Shown here one piece after another: positions 25,614 to 35,500 of a stretch of 64,000 nt of DNA. The stretch is from IMG/VR virus record IMGVR_UViG_3300009431_000004. One strand, written 5' to 3'. This DNA is from a virus. A program made the translations under genes and the position numbers. The number at the start of each line of letters is the position of its first letter. The stretch's first letter is position 1. The notes below the pieces were generated by a model. The model ran no database searches, was not told the DNA's origin, and was given only the letters and a program-made list of their open reading frames with translations.

Positions 25614-26423
25614 ATGAAACAACTACTACTTTTTGATAGCGCACCAAAAGATCGCAACTGCTCGCCAGTCGGCGTTGAACGTCTTGTTGGGAGTCGTAGC
25701 ACCCAAGCCAGAACCCACCTAGATTTATTTAGTGGTATTGGTGGCTTTGCTCTTGCTGCAAGATGGGCAGGGCTTAAAACTGTGGCGTTTTGTGAGATAG
25801 AAGATTTTTCCAGGAGGGTATTAAGCAAGAACTTTCCGGGCATACCGATACACAAAGACATTAGAGAATTAGAAGGGAGCAAATATGAAGGGATTGGCAT
25901 CATCACAGGGGGATTCCCATGTCAAAACATTAGCAGAGCCGGGACCGGAGCGGGCTTGTCTGGGCATAGATCCAGTCTTTGGTCGGAAATGTTCAGAGTT
26001 ATTGGAGAAGTTCGGCCAAAATGGGTCATTATTGAAAATGCCAGCTCCCTGCGAGGTAATGGGCTTGCGTCCATCCTGCAAGATTTATGGACGCTCGGGT
26101 TCGATGCGGAATGGCATATTATATCAGCAGCCTGCGTTGGTGCCTCACATCAACGGGAAAGAACGTGGATTATTGCAAACTCCGACGGTGGAGGATGCGA
26201 AGCGGCAAGGATCACAGAGAGCTTGGGTAAAGTATTTGCAGGAGAAACATACAAGCAGTTGCCGCCTGCGGAATCAGGCCGCTTTCTTGGACGAGAAGGA
26301 TGGGTACCTGAACCCAGAATGGATCGGATTACTGATGATGTACCCGGCAGGATGGGCGAAATTAGCGGCTACGGAAATGCGATAGTCCCACAGGTTGCTT
26401 ACGAAATACTGAGATGTATTTAG
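25614..26423 (+). CDS. DNA (cytosine-5)-methyltransferase, alpha-type subunit
   Basis: motif I DLFSGIGG, IV GGFPCQ, VI IENA, VIII HQRERTWIIA, X GNAIVPQVA; no motif IX in this frame. Confidence 0.93.
   Translation: MKQLLLFDSAPKDRNCSPVGVERLVGSRSTQARTHLDLFSGIGGFALAARWAGLKTVAFCEIEDFSRRVLSKNFPGIPIHKDIRELEGSKYEGIGIITGGFPCQNISRAGTGAGLSGHRSSLWSEMFRVIGEVRPKWVIIENASSLRGNGLASILQDLWTLGFDAEWHIISAACVGASHQRERTWIIANSDGGGCEAARITESLGKVFAGETYKQLPPAESGRFLGREGWVPEPRMDRITDDVPGRMGEISGYGNAIVPQVAYEILRCI
25885..26385 (+). CDS. nested alternative-frame methyltransferase beta-type subunit
   Basis: 166-aa ORF wholly inside the MTase gene in AT-rich DNA; GGGAG RBS; LLQTPTVED and GYLNPEWIGLLMMYPAGW (TRD/motif IX-like). 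Confidence 0.75.
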   Translation: MKGLASSQGDSHVKTLAEPGPERACLGIDPVFGRKCSELLEKFGQNGSLLKMPAPCEVMGLRPSCKIYGRSGSMRNGILYQQPALVPHINGKERGLLQTPTVEDAKRQGSQRAWVKYLQEKHTSSCRLRNQAAFLDEKDGYLNPEWIGLLMMYPAGWAKLAATEMR

Positions 26424-26453
26424 ACACCCAACAGGCGCGTGGGCCGCTTCCCC

Positions 26454-27098
26454 ATGGAAGCAAATGCCAAAATCGTCGTCTCCCCGGCAATGGACCAAGT
26501 GATAATGGGGTCCATCTTGGGAGACGGGCATCTTGAAAGACCTCCTCCCGGAAGCCTGAATTGGGGATTGGGTATTAAGCACGGCCTGAAACAAGAACCT
26601 TATGCCCTGCACAAAGCCAACCTACTCGGCCCCCTAGTTTCAAAAGTAGACCACCCAACGGAACGGGTACGAGTCAGAACAGTGAGGCACCCGCACCTCA
26701 CAGAATGGGCTTCTCTGGCAGTCCCGGCCAAGAAGAAAATCGTCCCGCCGGAACTGATTTCCCAAGTCGGACCTTTGGCTCTCGCTATCTGGTACATGGA
26801 TGATGGGTCATTTCTGACTAAATTGAACAAAGATGGCACCGTCTACAAGCTCATCCGAATCGCGTCCTTCTCATTCACCCCGAAAGAAAACAAAGCCTTG
26901 ATAACCATGCTACAAGAGCGTTTTGAGATTGAGGCACATATCTGGAAACAGCCCAACAAGCGAAAACCGAAATCCCCTTACAAAGGGATTTGGATGTCAA
27001 AAGGTGAAGCCGAGAAGTTCCTGTCCATCACACACCCCTATCTTGAACCAACCTGCATGGCCCACAAATGGGGGCTTAGAGAGCTTTCTACAGAGTAG
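26454..27098 (+). CDS. free-standing LAGLIDADG homing endonuclease (double motif)
   Basis: IMGSILGDGHL and LALAIWYMDDGS. Confidence 0.9.
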   Translation: MEANAKIVVSPAMDQVIMGSILGDGHLERPPPGSLNWGLGIKHGLKQEPYALHKANLLGPLVSKVDHPTERVRVRTVRHPHLTEWASLAVPAKKKIVPPELISQVGPLALAIWYMDDGSFLTKLNKDGTVYKLIRIASFSFTPKENKALITMLQERFEIEAHIWKQPNKRKPKSPYKGIWMSKGEAEKFLSITHPYLEPTCMAHKWGLRELSTE

Positions 27099-27117
27099 AA
27101 ACTGTAGGAGGTGTCAC

Positions 27118-28083
27118 ATGAAACCCTCAACAAGAGCGCAACTTGACCGTATCGCCCTGATGACCGCCACAAATTGCTGTGTTTGTCACGCCCGATTGAC
27201 TGATGCAGAGTCCTTAGAGCATGGCATAGGTCCTGTATGCTCCAAGAAATACTACAACCCCGAGCATCAGCCGACCGACGACATGGTGCTGGACGCCCTC
27301 GGCCTCGTGGCCGTGTCAGGGCTGCCGGACAACATCGTGGATGGCTTCCTTCAGCTCGTGAACAACGACAAGGTGAATGCTCGGAAGGGCTGCAACCTGC
27401 TCATCTATTGGGCCTCATGCAACTACGACAACCGGGAGGAGGTCTTCCGCTGCTCCGCCATCATCCGCACCCTCGGGTACACGGAGCTGGCGGACAAGCT
27501 CGAAATCGACCGCACTGCTGCCCGGATGGTGGACACCGGCACCGAGTGGGTGGTCTACGTCGGCACCAAGTACAAGTTCGAGAAGGACATGGGCTTCGTG
27601 CAGGGCGCGACCAAGGACGAGAACTCCAAGGTCGGCTCGAAGGTCAAGTGGACCATCCCCTACGCGGAGAAGGACCACTTCTTGGCCGTCCTCGGCCTCC
27701 ACTACGGACGGGAACTGGCCTGTGGGGACAACCCCACCGGGGCCAAGGAACGGGTCTGGACCATCGCCAAGACCTACTGGCGCAACGTGCTGGCCTTCCG
27801 CCACCGGACCGCACAGCCGACATCCATCCCTGCCCCGTCCACCGGAACGACCGGGGCAGGCAGCGGGTTCGTGCCGGGGGAAGTCTGTGTGAACCTCAAC
27901 GGACAGGGACTCCTCGAAGTCATCACCCCCTACGATTCGGGGTTCGTGGCTGCCCTCAAGAACGCGGTCCCCTACCGCGACCGTGCATGGGACACCGTGA
28001 ACAAGCACTGGCGGGTGAAGGCGAAACACTTTGTGACCGTCGCTGGCCTCATCGGTCAGTTCTACGGACAGTATTTGGCTTAA
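27118..28083 (+). CDS. DUF6011-like Zn-finger protein with C-terminal HARP-like domain
   Basis: AGGAGGT RBS; CCVC..LTDAES..HGIGPVC; ITPYDSGFVAALK..VP..DRAWDTVNKHWRV. Confidence 0.75.
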   Translation: MKPSTRAQLDRIALMTATNCCVCHARLTDAESLEHGIGPVCSKKYYNPEHQPTDDMVLDALGLVAVSGLPDNIVDGFLQLVNNDKVNARKGCNLLIYWASCNYDNREEVFRCSAIIRTLGYTELADKLEIDRTAARMVDTGTEWVVYVGTKYKFEKDMGFVQGATKDENSKVGSKVKWTIPYAEKDHFLAVLGLHYGRELACGDNPTGAKERVWTIAKTYWRNVLAFRHRTAQPTSIPAPSTGTTGAGSGFVPGEVCVNLNGQGLLEVITPYDSGFVAALKNAVPYRDRAWDTVNKHWRVKAKHFVTVAGLIGQFYGQYLA

Positions 28084-28111
28084 CAGGGAGGTGCGATGAA
28101 AGCAGGAATCG

Positions 28112-28160
28112 GGAGGTCCAGCCGGACGCCATCGTCTCGGCCTCTACCGGCTGGGCCTCC
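28112..28160. terminator. stem-loop between convergent genes
   Basis: GGAGGTCCAGCCGG ... CCGGCTGGGCCTCC, 14-bp stem with one G-U pair; no U tract. Confidence 0.5.
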
Positions 28161-28166
28161 TAGCCC

Positions 28167-28721
28167 TCACTGAGGGGCCGGGACCGGCGGCTTCTTCGCC
28201 GGAATCTTCTTGTCTACGTGCTTGAACGCCATCTCCCAGTACGCGATGCCCTGACCACCGGCAAGGAAGGCGAACACCGCTGCGTTCTCGATGCTGTACC
28301 CCGCTGCCAGATAGCTGGCGAACGTGGCGAGGCCCCCGACCACGAAGGAAATCCACGGGACGGACTTCTTGAGCTGGCCCAACCACCCTCTTCGACGGAT
28401 GACCCAGATGCAGACCATGATGATAAGCCCGGCGAGGACTGTCCAACTCCCTCCTCCGGCGAGGACCTGCCCCATCATCTGGGCTGCCTCCTCGGGTGTC
28501 TCGGGCGGCTTCACCGCAGCGGGGACGGGTGGAGGTTCTGGGGCTGCCGGAGCTTCGACCTTTTCGGGGGCAGCGGCCACGACCGGGGCTTCGTCAGCGA
28601 CAACGGCTGCTGGTTCCATGACCTCGACAGCCGTGACCCCCGCGTCGGGGTCTGTCTCCTGTGCGATTGCCGGTACGGCCAGCATCATCATGATGGCCAC
28701 GGTAAGGATGAGACGTTTCAT
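28167..28721 (-). CDS. membrane protein with signal peptide, Pro/Ala linker and 2-3 TM helices
   Basis: MKRLILTVAIMMMLAVPAIA|Q; hydrophobic C-terminal segments. Confidence 0.75.
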   Translation of the reverse strand: MKRLILTVAIMMMLAVPAIAQETDPDAGVTAVEVMEPAAVVADEAPVVAAAPEKVEAPAAPEPPPVPAAVKPPETPEEAAQMMGQVLAGGGSWTVLAGLIIMVCIWVIRRRGWLGQLKKSVPWISFVVGGLATFASYLAAGYSIENAAVFAFLAGGQGIAYWEMAFKHVDKKIPAKKPPVPAPQ

Positions 28722-28732
28722 GGAGTAACCTC

Positions 28733-29116
28733 CTACTTGGACTTGATACGGTCAAGCAAGTCCTTCTTCGTCCCCGAAACAGGGACGTGAAGGCGCTTGG
28801 CCAGCTTCACCAGTTCCGTCTTCTTGAGCGCGGACAGTTCTTGCGCCTTGGAAGGAGCGCGACGCGGGGTCGCGGACGCGGCACGCTTGGGTGCCTCAAT
28901 GGGGTGGGGTTCGAGCTTGATAGCCCCGGCCTTGGGCGGTTTCTTGTCCGTGTAGACCCGAGCGTAAGGCACCGAGTTCAGCTCCTCTTGGATGGCCTTG
29001 ACCTGCGCCGGAGAGAGGCCCGGCAGGCGGAGCTGCTGCTTGAGCTGACGCTGGTGCTTCTTCTCGTGCAGAACCCGAACCTTGGGGTCCGCTTGTTGTC
29101 GTGACACGAAAGGCAT
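28733..29116 (-). CDS. basic protein with C-terminal SAP/HeH-like motif
   Basis: LSALKKTELVKLAKRLHVPVSGTKKDLLDRI. Confidence 0.75.
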   Translation of the reverse strand: MPFVSRQQADPKVRVLHEKKHQRQLKQQLRLPGLSPAQVKAIQEELNSVPYARVYTDKKPPKAGAIKLEPHPIEAPKRAASATPRRAPSKAQELSALKKTELVKLAKRLHVPVSGTKKDLLDRIKSK

Positions 29117-29117
29117 C

Positions 29118-29516
29118 TCACTCCTCCTTGTGCACTGTCCGGGCGAAGTGGGTCAAGTCCCCGACTTCGAGGGGCTTCCCGCAGTTGGGACATAGTTCGC
29201 CTTCCTGCAAGTCCCCGATTTCCTCGGGCGTCACCATGCAGCCCTTCATGGTGCAGACGACATCGAAGTGGGCCGAGATGGGGCCGTAGTCTTTATCGTC
29301 GATGCCCCCGATGCCGTTCACGACGCCCAGAAGGCCCACAGAGTAGCTCTCCGGGTTGTTGGGGTCTGTCAACACCTGAACGGTGGGATGGGCTGCCATG
29401 GTCGCATTGCACGGCACTCGCGTCTCCACGAGTGCGCGGGTTGCAACCGGGTCCGCCTCCAACATGGAGTTCAGGACTTCGATAAAACGGTCAATGGAAC
29501 AAGGGTCGTGAATCAT
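29118..29516 (-). CDS. hypothetical protein with C-terminal Zn ribbon
   Basis: VCTMKGC...LCPNCGKPL; ATGA-coupled. Confidence 0.7.
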   Translation of the reverse strand: MIHDPCSIDRFIEVLNSMLEADPVATRALVETRVPCNATMAAHPTVQVLTDPNNPESYSVGLLGVVNGIGGIDDKDYGPISAHFDVVCTMKGCMVTPEEIGDLQEGELCPNCGKPLEVGDLTHFARTVHKEE

Positions 29517-32500
29517 TCCCGCCTCTCAGGGCTGCGGTCGTTCGGGTGAGGGGCGACCTGAACCAAGGCCGGGTTCGGGGTTTCCTGAGTGAAAGCCCGA
29601 ACCATGGGCCGTCCATCAATGCGGTAGCGGTCTGCCGCCGCGTACCCCTCGCCATACCCTGACGGCCCGATGAGTCCCCGGAGGAGGATGCCGTCCTCCT
29701 GCTCGCCGGGGTGTCCCAGAATCCCGTAGGTGAGAACGACCATCTGGATTTCGTCGCCGTCGGACACCTTGTAGGGTCCGCCCGCCGGGTTCGCTTCCTC
29801 GTAGAAGTTCCGCACCAGCATGGCCCGGCAGGCCAGCACGCCGCCCTTGAGGACGGGCAGGCTTGCCGCCGGGAAGGTGTCGGACACCCAGTCGATGGGT
29901 CCACCGGGATTGTCCCCGGACAGAATGTAGGCCGAGCCTCCTCCACGGAAGATGCGGAAGCGTCTCGAACCCGTCGGGGTTGCCTCTGTCCACGCCGCGA
30001 AGCTGGACACCGAGACAGAGCCGTCGGCCAACGCGATGAGTTCGCCCGGTTCGCCCATCGAGCGCGTGTACTCCACGCCGCCCGTGGTGAGCGGTATCTG
30101 GGTCTGGACCGGCCTTGGGCCAGCCGGACGTGCGTTCATCGCCGTGGCGTTGTCCCGCAGCGGGTTCTCACAGATGAAGTCGCTGTCCTGCAAGAGGACA
30201 CCCATGGGCAGACGTTCGGTCATGCCCGTGAGGGAGAGTTGGCTCGTGCCTTCACCCCCGTTCATCGGGATGTCCTCTCCGCCTTGGAGGTGGCCGAAGG
30301 TGGTCAGCCCGGTGTACGGGAGCTGGTTCGGCCACTCGGTCATGACCGTGATGTAGTGGGCCATCGTGTCCGGGAACACACCTTCAGACCGCACCTCGAC
30401 CGAGATTCCGTTGCCTTCGGCTCCTGTCGGCACAGCCCGGAGAGTGACCTTGGCATCCCCGGCATCGTTCTCGCCCCAGAGCGTCTGGTACAGGTCCGGG
30501 TGCTGCCAGATGAGGTCGTTGAGGTTCCGCATGGTCCCCGCGATGTTCTCCTCGCGGTGAATGACTGTCACTTCGAGGTCGTAGTTGTTCAAGTTCACCC
30601 GTCGGGTCGCCTGTTCGGACTCCTTCAGGATGCAAATGTGGAAGGTCTGGTCTGGCCGCCCTGCGCTGACTACAGCCGCATTCGTGAGGTTGTGAACCAC
30701 GAGGGTCACTTCGTCAGTGCCGGGGTTGGTCACGGATGCCGTGAACACCAGACCGTCCGCCAGAGTCCCCGTCTGGGGGTCTGCAACGATGAGAGCCGTG
30801 TTGGCTTCGGCCCCGATTCCCGTGATGGTGGTGGTCCCGACCACGGAAGACCCGACTGGAATGTTGCCCGGAGCGGGGAAGATGAGACTGAGGTCGAAGT
30901 TCTGGTCGAACACGGAGTCGTAGACGCTGACCTCCTGCTCGAAGGCACAGCCCCAACGATTGACCATGTAGATGCTGACACCCCCGGCCCCGGCCCGCCC
31001 GACGAAGTACATATCATCCAGCGTTGCGACACGGGGGTTGACGATGACGGCATCCCCGACTGCCGCGTTGGCCAGTTCGCCCGTGGCGGTCCCCACCATC
31101 AGAACTTGGCCCGGCTCAACAGTTGTGGGACCGGCAATGTTGACCGTCTCCTTGTAGGTCGTCAGTTTCCCGAACTCGTCCACGAGGAAGATGTTGCCCG
31201 CAGGTACGTTGTAGGGCGCAGCAGTCAGGACCGCCACGTTGTCCGGGGTCGAGGCGTAGAGGTCCACGGCTGTCCCGTCGAGCTTGTTGATGCGGACGAT
31301 GAGGTATTGGGTGTCGGACGGGTTCCACCCCTCTGTCCAGCCCTGAAGACCGATGGATGCCCGGTTGGGGTTCGTCACCTGCCCCTCGGTGTATGCCCTC
31401 GGCAGAATGCGCCACGCCGGGGAGTCCGTCGCGTCCGGGGCGCGGTAGTCGGGCAGCCCGTTGGCACTCTGCATCTCGGTGTACCCGATGTCGAGGGAGG
31501 TGCCGGGGCGCATGATGCCCCCGATTTTCCCGGTCCCCATCGTGGTGTAGAAGTCCATCGTCGCCAGAACCTCGAAGGCGCGGGCGTTCGGAATTTCCGG
31601 GACGAAGTTGCCGTTCGAGTCGTACTGCTGGATGACCGTCTCCACGGCCCACTGGTGCGACATGGCGAGCTGGCCATAGCGATGCTCGTAGTCGGAGTTG
31701 GTCTTGGCGTCGCCGGAGCGGGTCATGTAGGGGTCGCCCTGATAGACCGTCCGGTCGTAGGCGGCGTAGCACTGGTGGTTGTACCCGGCAGCCGTGGGTA
31801 CGACCATGTGAACGCCCTCGATTTCCATGTCCGTGCCGTCGATGTTCGGAGGAGTCCCTGCGCCGTTGAAGTGGCGCACGAGGACGTAGTTGTTCTCGTC
31901 GATGAAGCCATGGGCGAAGCCGAAGATGGTCGCCTCGACCACGTAGTCGTAGTCCTCGAACTCATCGCCGTCCGCGTACTGAAGGGCGCGGGTGATGTCG
32001 ATGACGTTCGAGGGGACGATGTAGGTGTGGTCGCCCGTCCCCTGTGTCAGGTCTTGCGCTCCGTCTTGCAAGATGAAGAGAGTCTGCTGCGTGGCGTCGT
32101 CCCTCAACAGGTTCGGTGCCGGGTCGTCCTCCACCTCGTAGCGGTTGGTCTTCCACGTCCGTCCGCCCTTGGTTTCCCAGTCGCGGAGGTCATACACGCC
32201 GTAGAGCCGGGCGATGCCGAGGTACGGAGGAAGCTGAATACCCTTCAGCCCCTTGCCCAAGTCGGCGGAGTTGACGGCTTCGAGGTCCGCGATGACGTTG
32301 GGGGCCAGCGCGATGTTCTCGTCGATGTCCGTCGTCTTGCGGGCCTTGTACTGGGGATGGTTGTTCACGGTGCCGACCACCGTGGCGGACTCGCCGTAGT
32401 GGGTTGGGTCGTCAGTCGTGAAGAACAGCGGGTTGACCTCGGGGCCGGAGCCGAGGTTCGACCAGCCGCCGATGATGTTGAACACGCCCCTCGTGAGGGT

Positions 32501-35500
32501 GGCGGAGTCGATGAACAGGTGGTTGATTCCGGGCAAGAACGGGTCGGTCGCGCCGAGCCTGTTGAAATAGGGGATGTCCTGCCTGCCGAAGCGGGGCATG
32601 AACTCCCTCGGGACCACGAAGCCCATCTGCTTCCCGGAGGTGTCGCTGCCGGTGAAGATTTGCAGGCCGTCCTTGGCGGCCATCGCCCCCGTCGGGTAGT
32701 TGTAGCCGCCCAACAGGCACTCGGTCCCGCCCATCACGTCGTCGAAGGAGAAGGTGTGGAGAGTCATCTCCATGTCCCTGAAGGGGCGGAAGACGACCGT
32801 CTTGCTGCCTCGGTCGATGAACAGCTCATGTTCGCGGGTTGTCTCGGTGAAGCTCGCCAGCCCACCGCCCATGTCCGCGCCATCCGGGGCGTGCCAGCCG
32901 TCGGCGGGGAGCCGGTTCCACGTCTGGATGTGGACGGCATCCCAGAATGTCTCGTCCGACGGGATGCCGGAGAAGGCCGAGAAGGTGGTGTCGAGTGCTG
33001 CCCGGTTCTGGCGCAGGTATCCGTTGACCGTCTGGGTGGTGCTGCCGCCCTTCATGGCAAAGCGGACGAACTCGTCAGCGACGCGGGCCGTGCCTCCCCT
33101 GCCCGGATGGTAGAGGAGGGTCATGTTCAGGACCATCTTGTTCTCGATGATGGGAACGCCCGAGCCGTCCAGCGGCATCTCAAGGTCATAGGCTTCGCCG
33201 TGACCGAGGTGCGCCGCCTTCCACGGGTGGTCGGGGTCGAGTCCGGCCAATGCGGAGGTCAACTGGCCACCGAGGTCGGTCATCACGATGCAGAGGTCGG
33301 AAGAACCCCCGACATGGGAGGAAGCCGTGTCGGCGTTGTGTTCCTGCGACCGGAATTCGCATTCGAGGGTTTCGCCGGTCGTGTTGTCGATGGCCGTGAA
33401 GTCCGCGCTCAAGGGGGCGAGGACGAGGGAGGTCGCGTTGCTGGCCCGGTACTCGGTGTACCCGGAGGCGGCTGTGCCTGCCCCCACGACACGGAACGCG
33501 CCGTTGTTGTTCCTGTCCACAGTGTCGCCGTAAAGGACGAGGTAGACTTCGGAGGAGTAACCGGAGCGGTCTTTCCCGTCGGCTGTCAGCATCCCGAACA
33601 GAGTCCGGCTGTCCCGCAGTAGGGGAGCCGAGACGTTGGCGGGGGTGTTCTCGAAGTTCCCGGCGGCGTCCTTGGAGTAGTAGACCCCAGCCGCGTCGAA
33701 GTCGATGCCGGTGTCCAGCTCGACGAAAGCCGGGTTGGCATGGACTGAGAGGTCGGCGGCGGCCACGGAGAGCTTGAGTCCGGGCCGCAGGAGTCCGCCG
33801 AGGACCACGTAGGGGTACTCGAACCACAGGTGCCGCCACGGGTACATGGGTCCGACGTGCCGGGCTGCCTCGGCGGCGGAGAGGCCGGGAGGAGCTGGCT
33901 CGAAGGCCCGCATGGTGGTCGCCGGGGCCAGAGCGCCGTCATCGACGAAGCGCATGGACCACGGGTACTGGTCGCCGTTGTCCGGTGCCAGAGTGGGGTA
34001 TCCCGACTTCCAGTATTCCCGAGGGGTCAGGAACCGGACAGCTCGCTCGGAACCGTCCCTGAAGGTGCCACGAGCGCCCGAGGAGCCATCCTCGCCCCCG
34101 ATGTAGAGGAAGATGCTCGTGCCGTTGGTCCAGACGTTGGAGGATGCCAGTCCGGCCACGTTCATGAAGCCGCTGGGTCGGAAGTCCGGCCCCACGTCCC
34201 ACTGGCAGGTGGCGTCGAAGGTGTTGTTGGTGAAGCCGACCGTGTTCTGGTCCTGCGTCGCGTCGTTGTCGAGCATCAGCGTCAGGTCGCGCTGAATGGC
34301 CGCCCCGTCGGACCAGACCTGCCGGATGCCGTCCGGCCCGTCGAGTGCCTCGGTGTGGTTCGGTACGGCGGTCGAGCCGTCCGCGAACAGGTAGTCCACC
34401 TCGTGGACCACCGGGCCTTGGGTATCGCCCGGTCCCGAGCGTTTCCATGCGGTGTGCAGGTCCCCGCGCAGGATGGCTGCCACGTTGTGCGACAGCAGGC
34501 GGGTGTAGTCCCAGTCGTTGGCGTTCGCACCACGCCGGAGGTCGAGAACGTCCGTCTCGGCAATCTGGTCGGCGTACAGGCCGTCCGGGCGCGGCTGGTA
34601 GAAGAGGATGGGAGTACCGGCGGCATGACCCCCCACGGCAGAAGCGTACCGACCACGACCCCCGGCGGGGATGGTGACGGTGTTGGCGATGAGGTCCACC
34701 GCCCCGATGCCGATGATTTCGTCGTCGAGGACCATGAAGCAGGACGTGAGGACGTGCTTGTCGTCCTCCCAGCCGGAGCCGTTCAGGTTGGTCACGTCGA
34801 TGGTCGCAAGGGCCGCCACGCCGTCGGTGTCGTTCAGGTCCGAGGTCAGCGTCGCGGTCAGGAGCGTCCGGCACCCGGTGAGCGGGTCCGGCAGGTACTT
34901 GGTGCCGGGGGAGCGGTCGAAGGCTCCGTTCTGGTTCGGGTTGCCGCTCTGGGTCACGGCCACGTAGACGTTCGAGTTGCGGCGGAACACGGCGGCAATG
35001 GGGGTCGCGTAGGTGTAACCGTCGTAGGTGCCGAGAGAGTTGTTCGGGTCGCCGTCACCGGCACGCCACAGCGCCGGGTCGCCCAGCTCCTTGCCCATGT
35101 TCGTGTAGTAGAGGCCAGCCACCGGAAGAGTCGCGGTCCCCTGCCCGAGGACGTTGGGGTCGCCCAGTCCGTCGGGATAGATGTCGAGGGCCACACTCGC
35201 GCCCAGCCCAGCGCCGGACCCGAAGACCCGGATTCTGTATTGGAGCTGAAGGCGCTCGGTCGTCTCGAACCCGATGGTCGGGTCTTCAAGGTCATCCGCC
35301 AGATTCGTCCCGCCGTACTGGACGTTGCCGTACTTCCACAGCTTGTCCACGGCGGGCTTGTTCACGGTCGAAGGGTTCGGTGCGACGTTCGTGAGCCATG
35401 CTTCGAGGAACACGAGGTCGATACGGGCATCCGACTCCGGGGGCGGGTACAGCTTGACGAGGTTGCGGAGGTCGCCCTCGTGGTCCACGTCGGTCCCGAC

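Larger units (their letters stand above)
25183..27231 (+). mobile_element. LAGLIDADG-associated insertion cassette carrying cargo genes and a replacement 5' end of its target gene
   Basis: AT-richer block bounded by duplicated, recoded ...EHGIG coding sequence; right boundary approximate. Confidence 0.8.

Noticed and set aside
25183-27117. Group I intron explanation for the LAGLIDADG cassette
   Set aside because: The gene's 5' end is duplicated with its own RBS, which makes splicing unnecessary. The region is almost fully coding and I could not see a P3-P7 core. A covariance-model search would be needed to exclude it fully.
26923-27117. ORF-track start of the DUF6011-like gene at 26923
   Set aside because: It overlaps the LAGLIDADG gene; the strong AGGAGGT RBS supports ATG 27118.
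28096-28173. 25-codon ORF with a strong GGGAGGTG RBS after the DUF6011-like gene
   Set aside because: It runs through a hairpin and into the convergent gene and has no protein-like features; at most a gene remnant.
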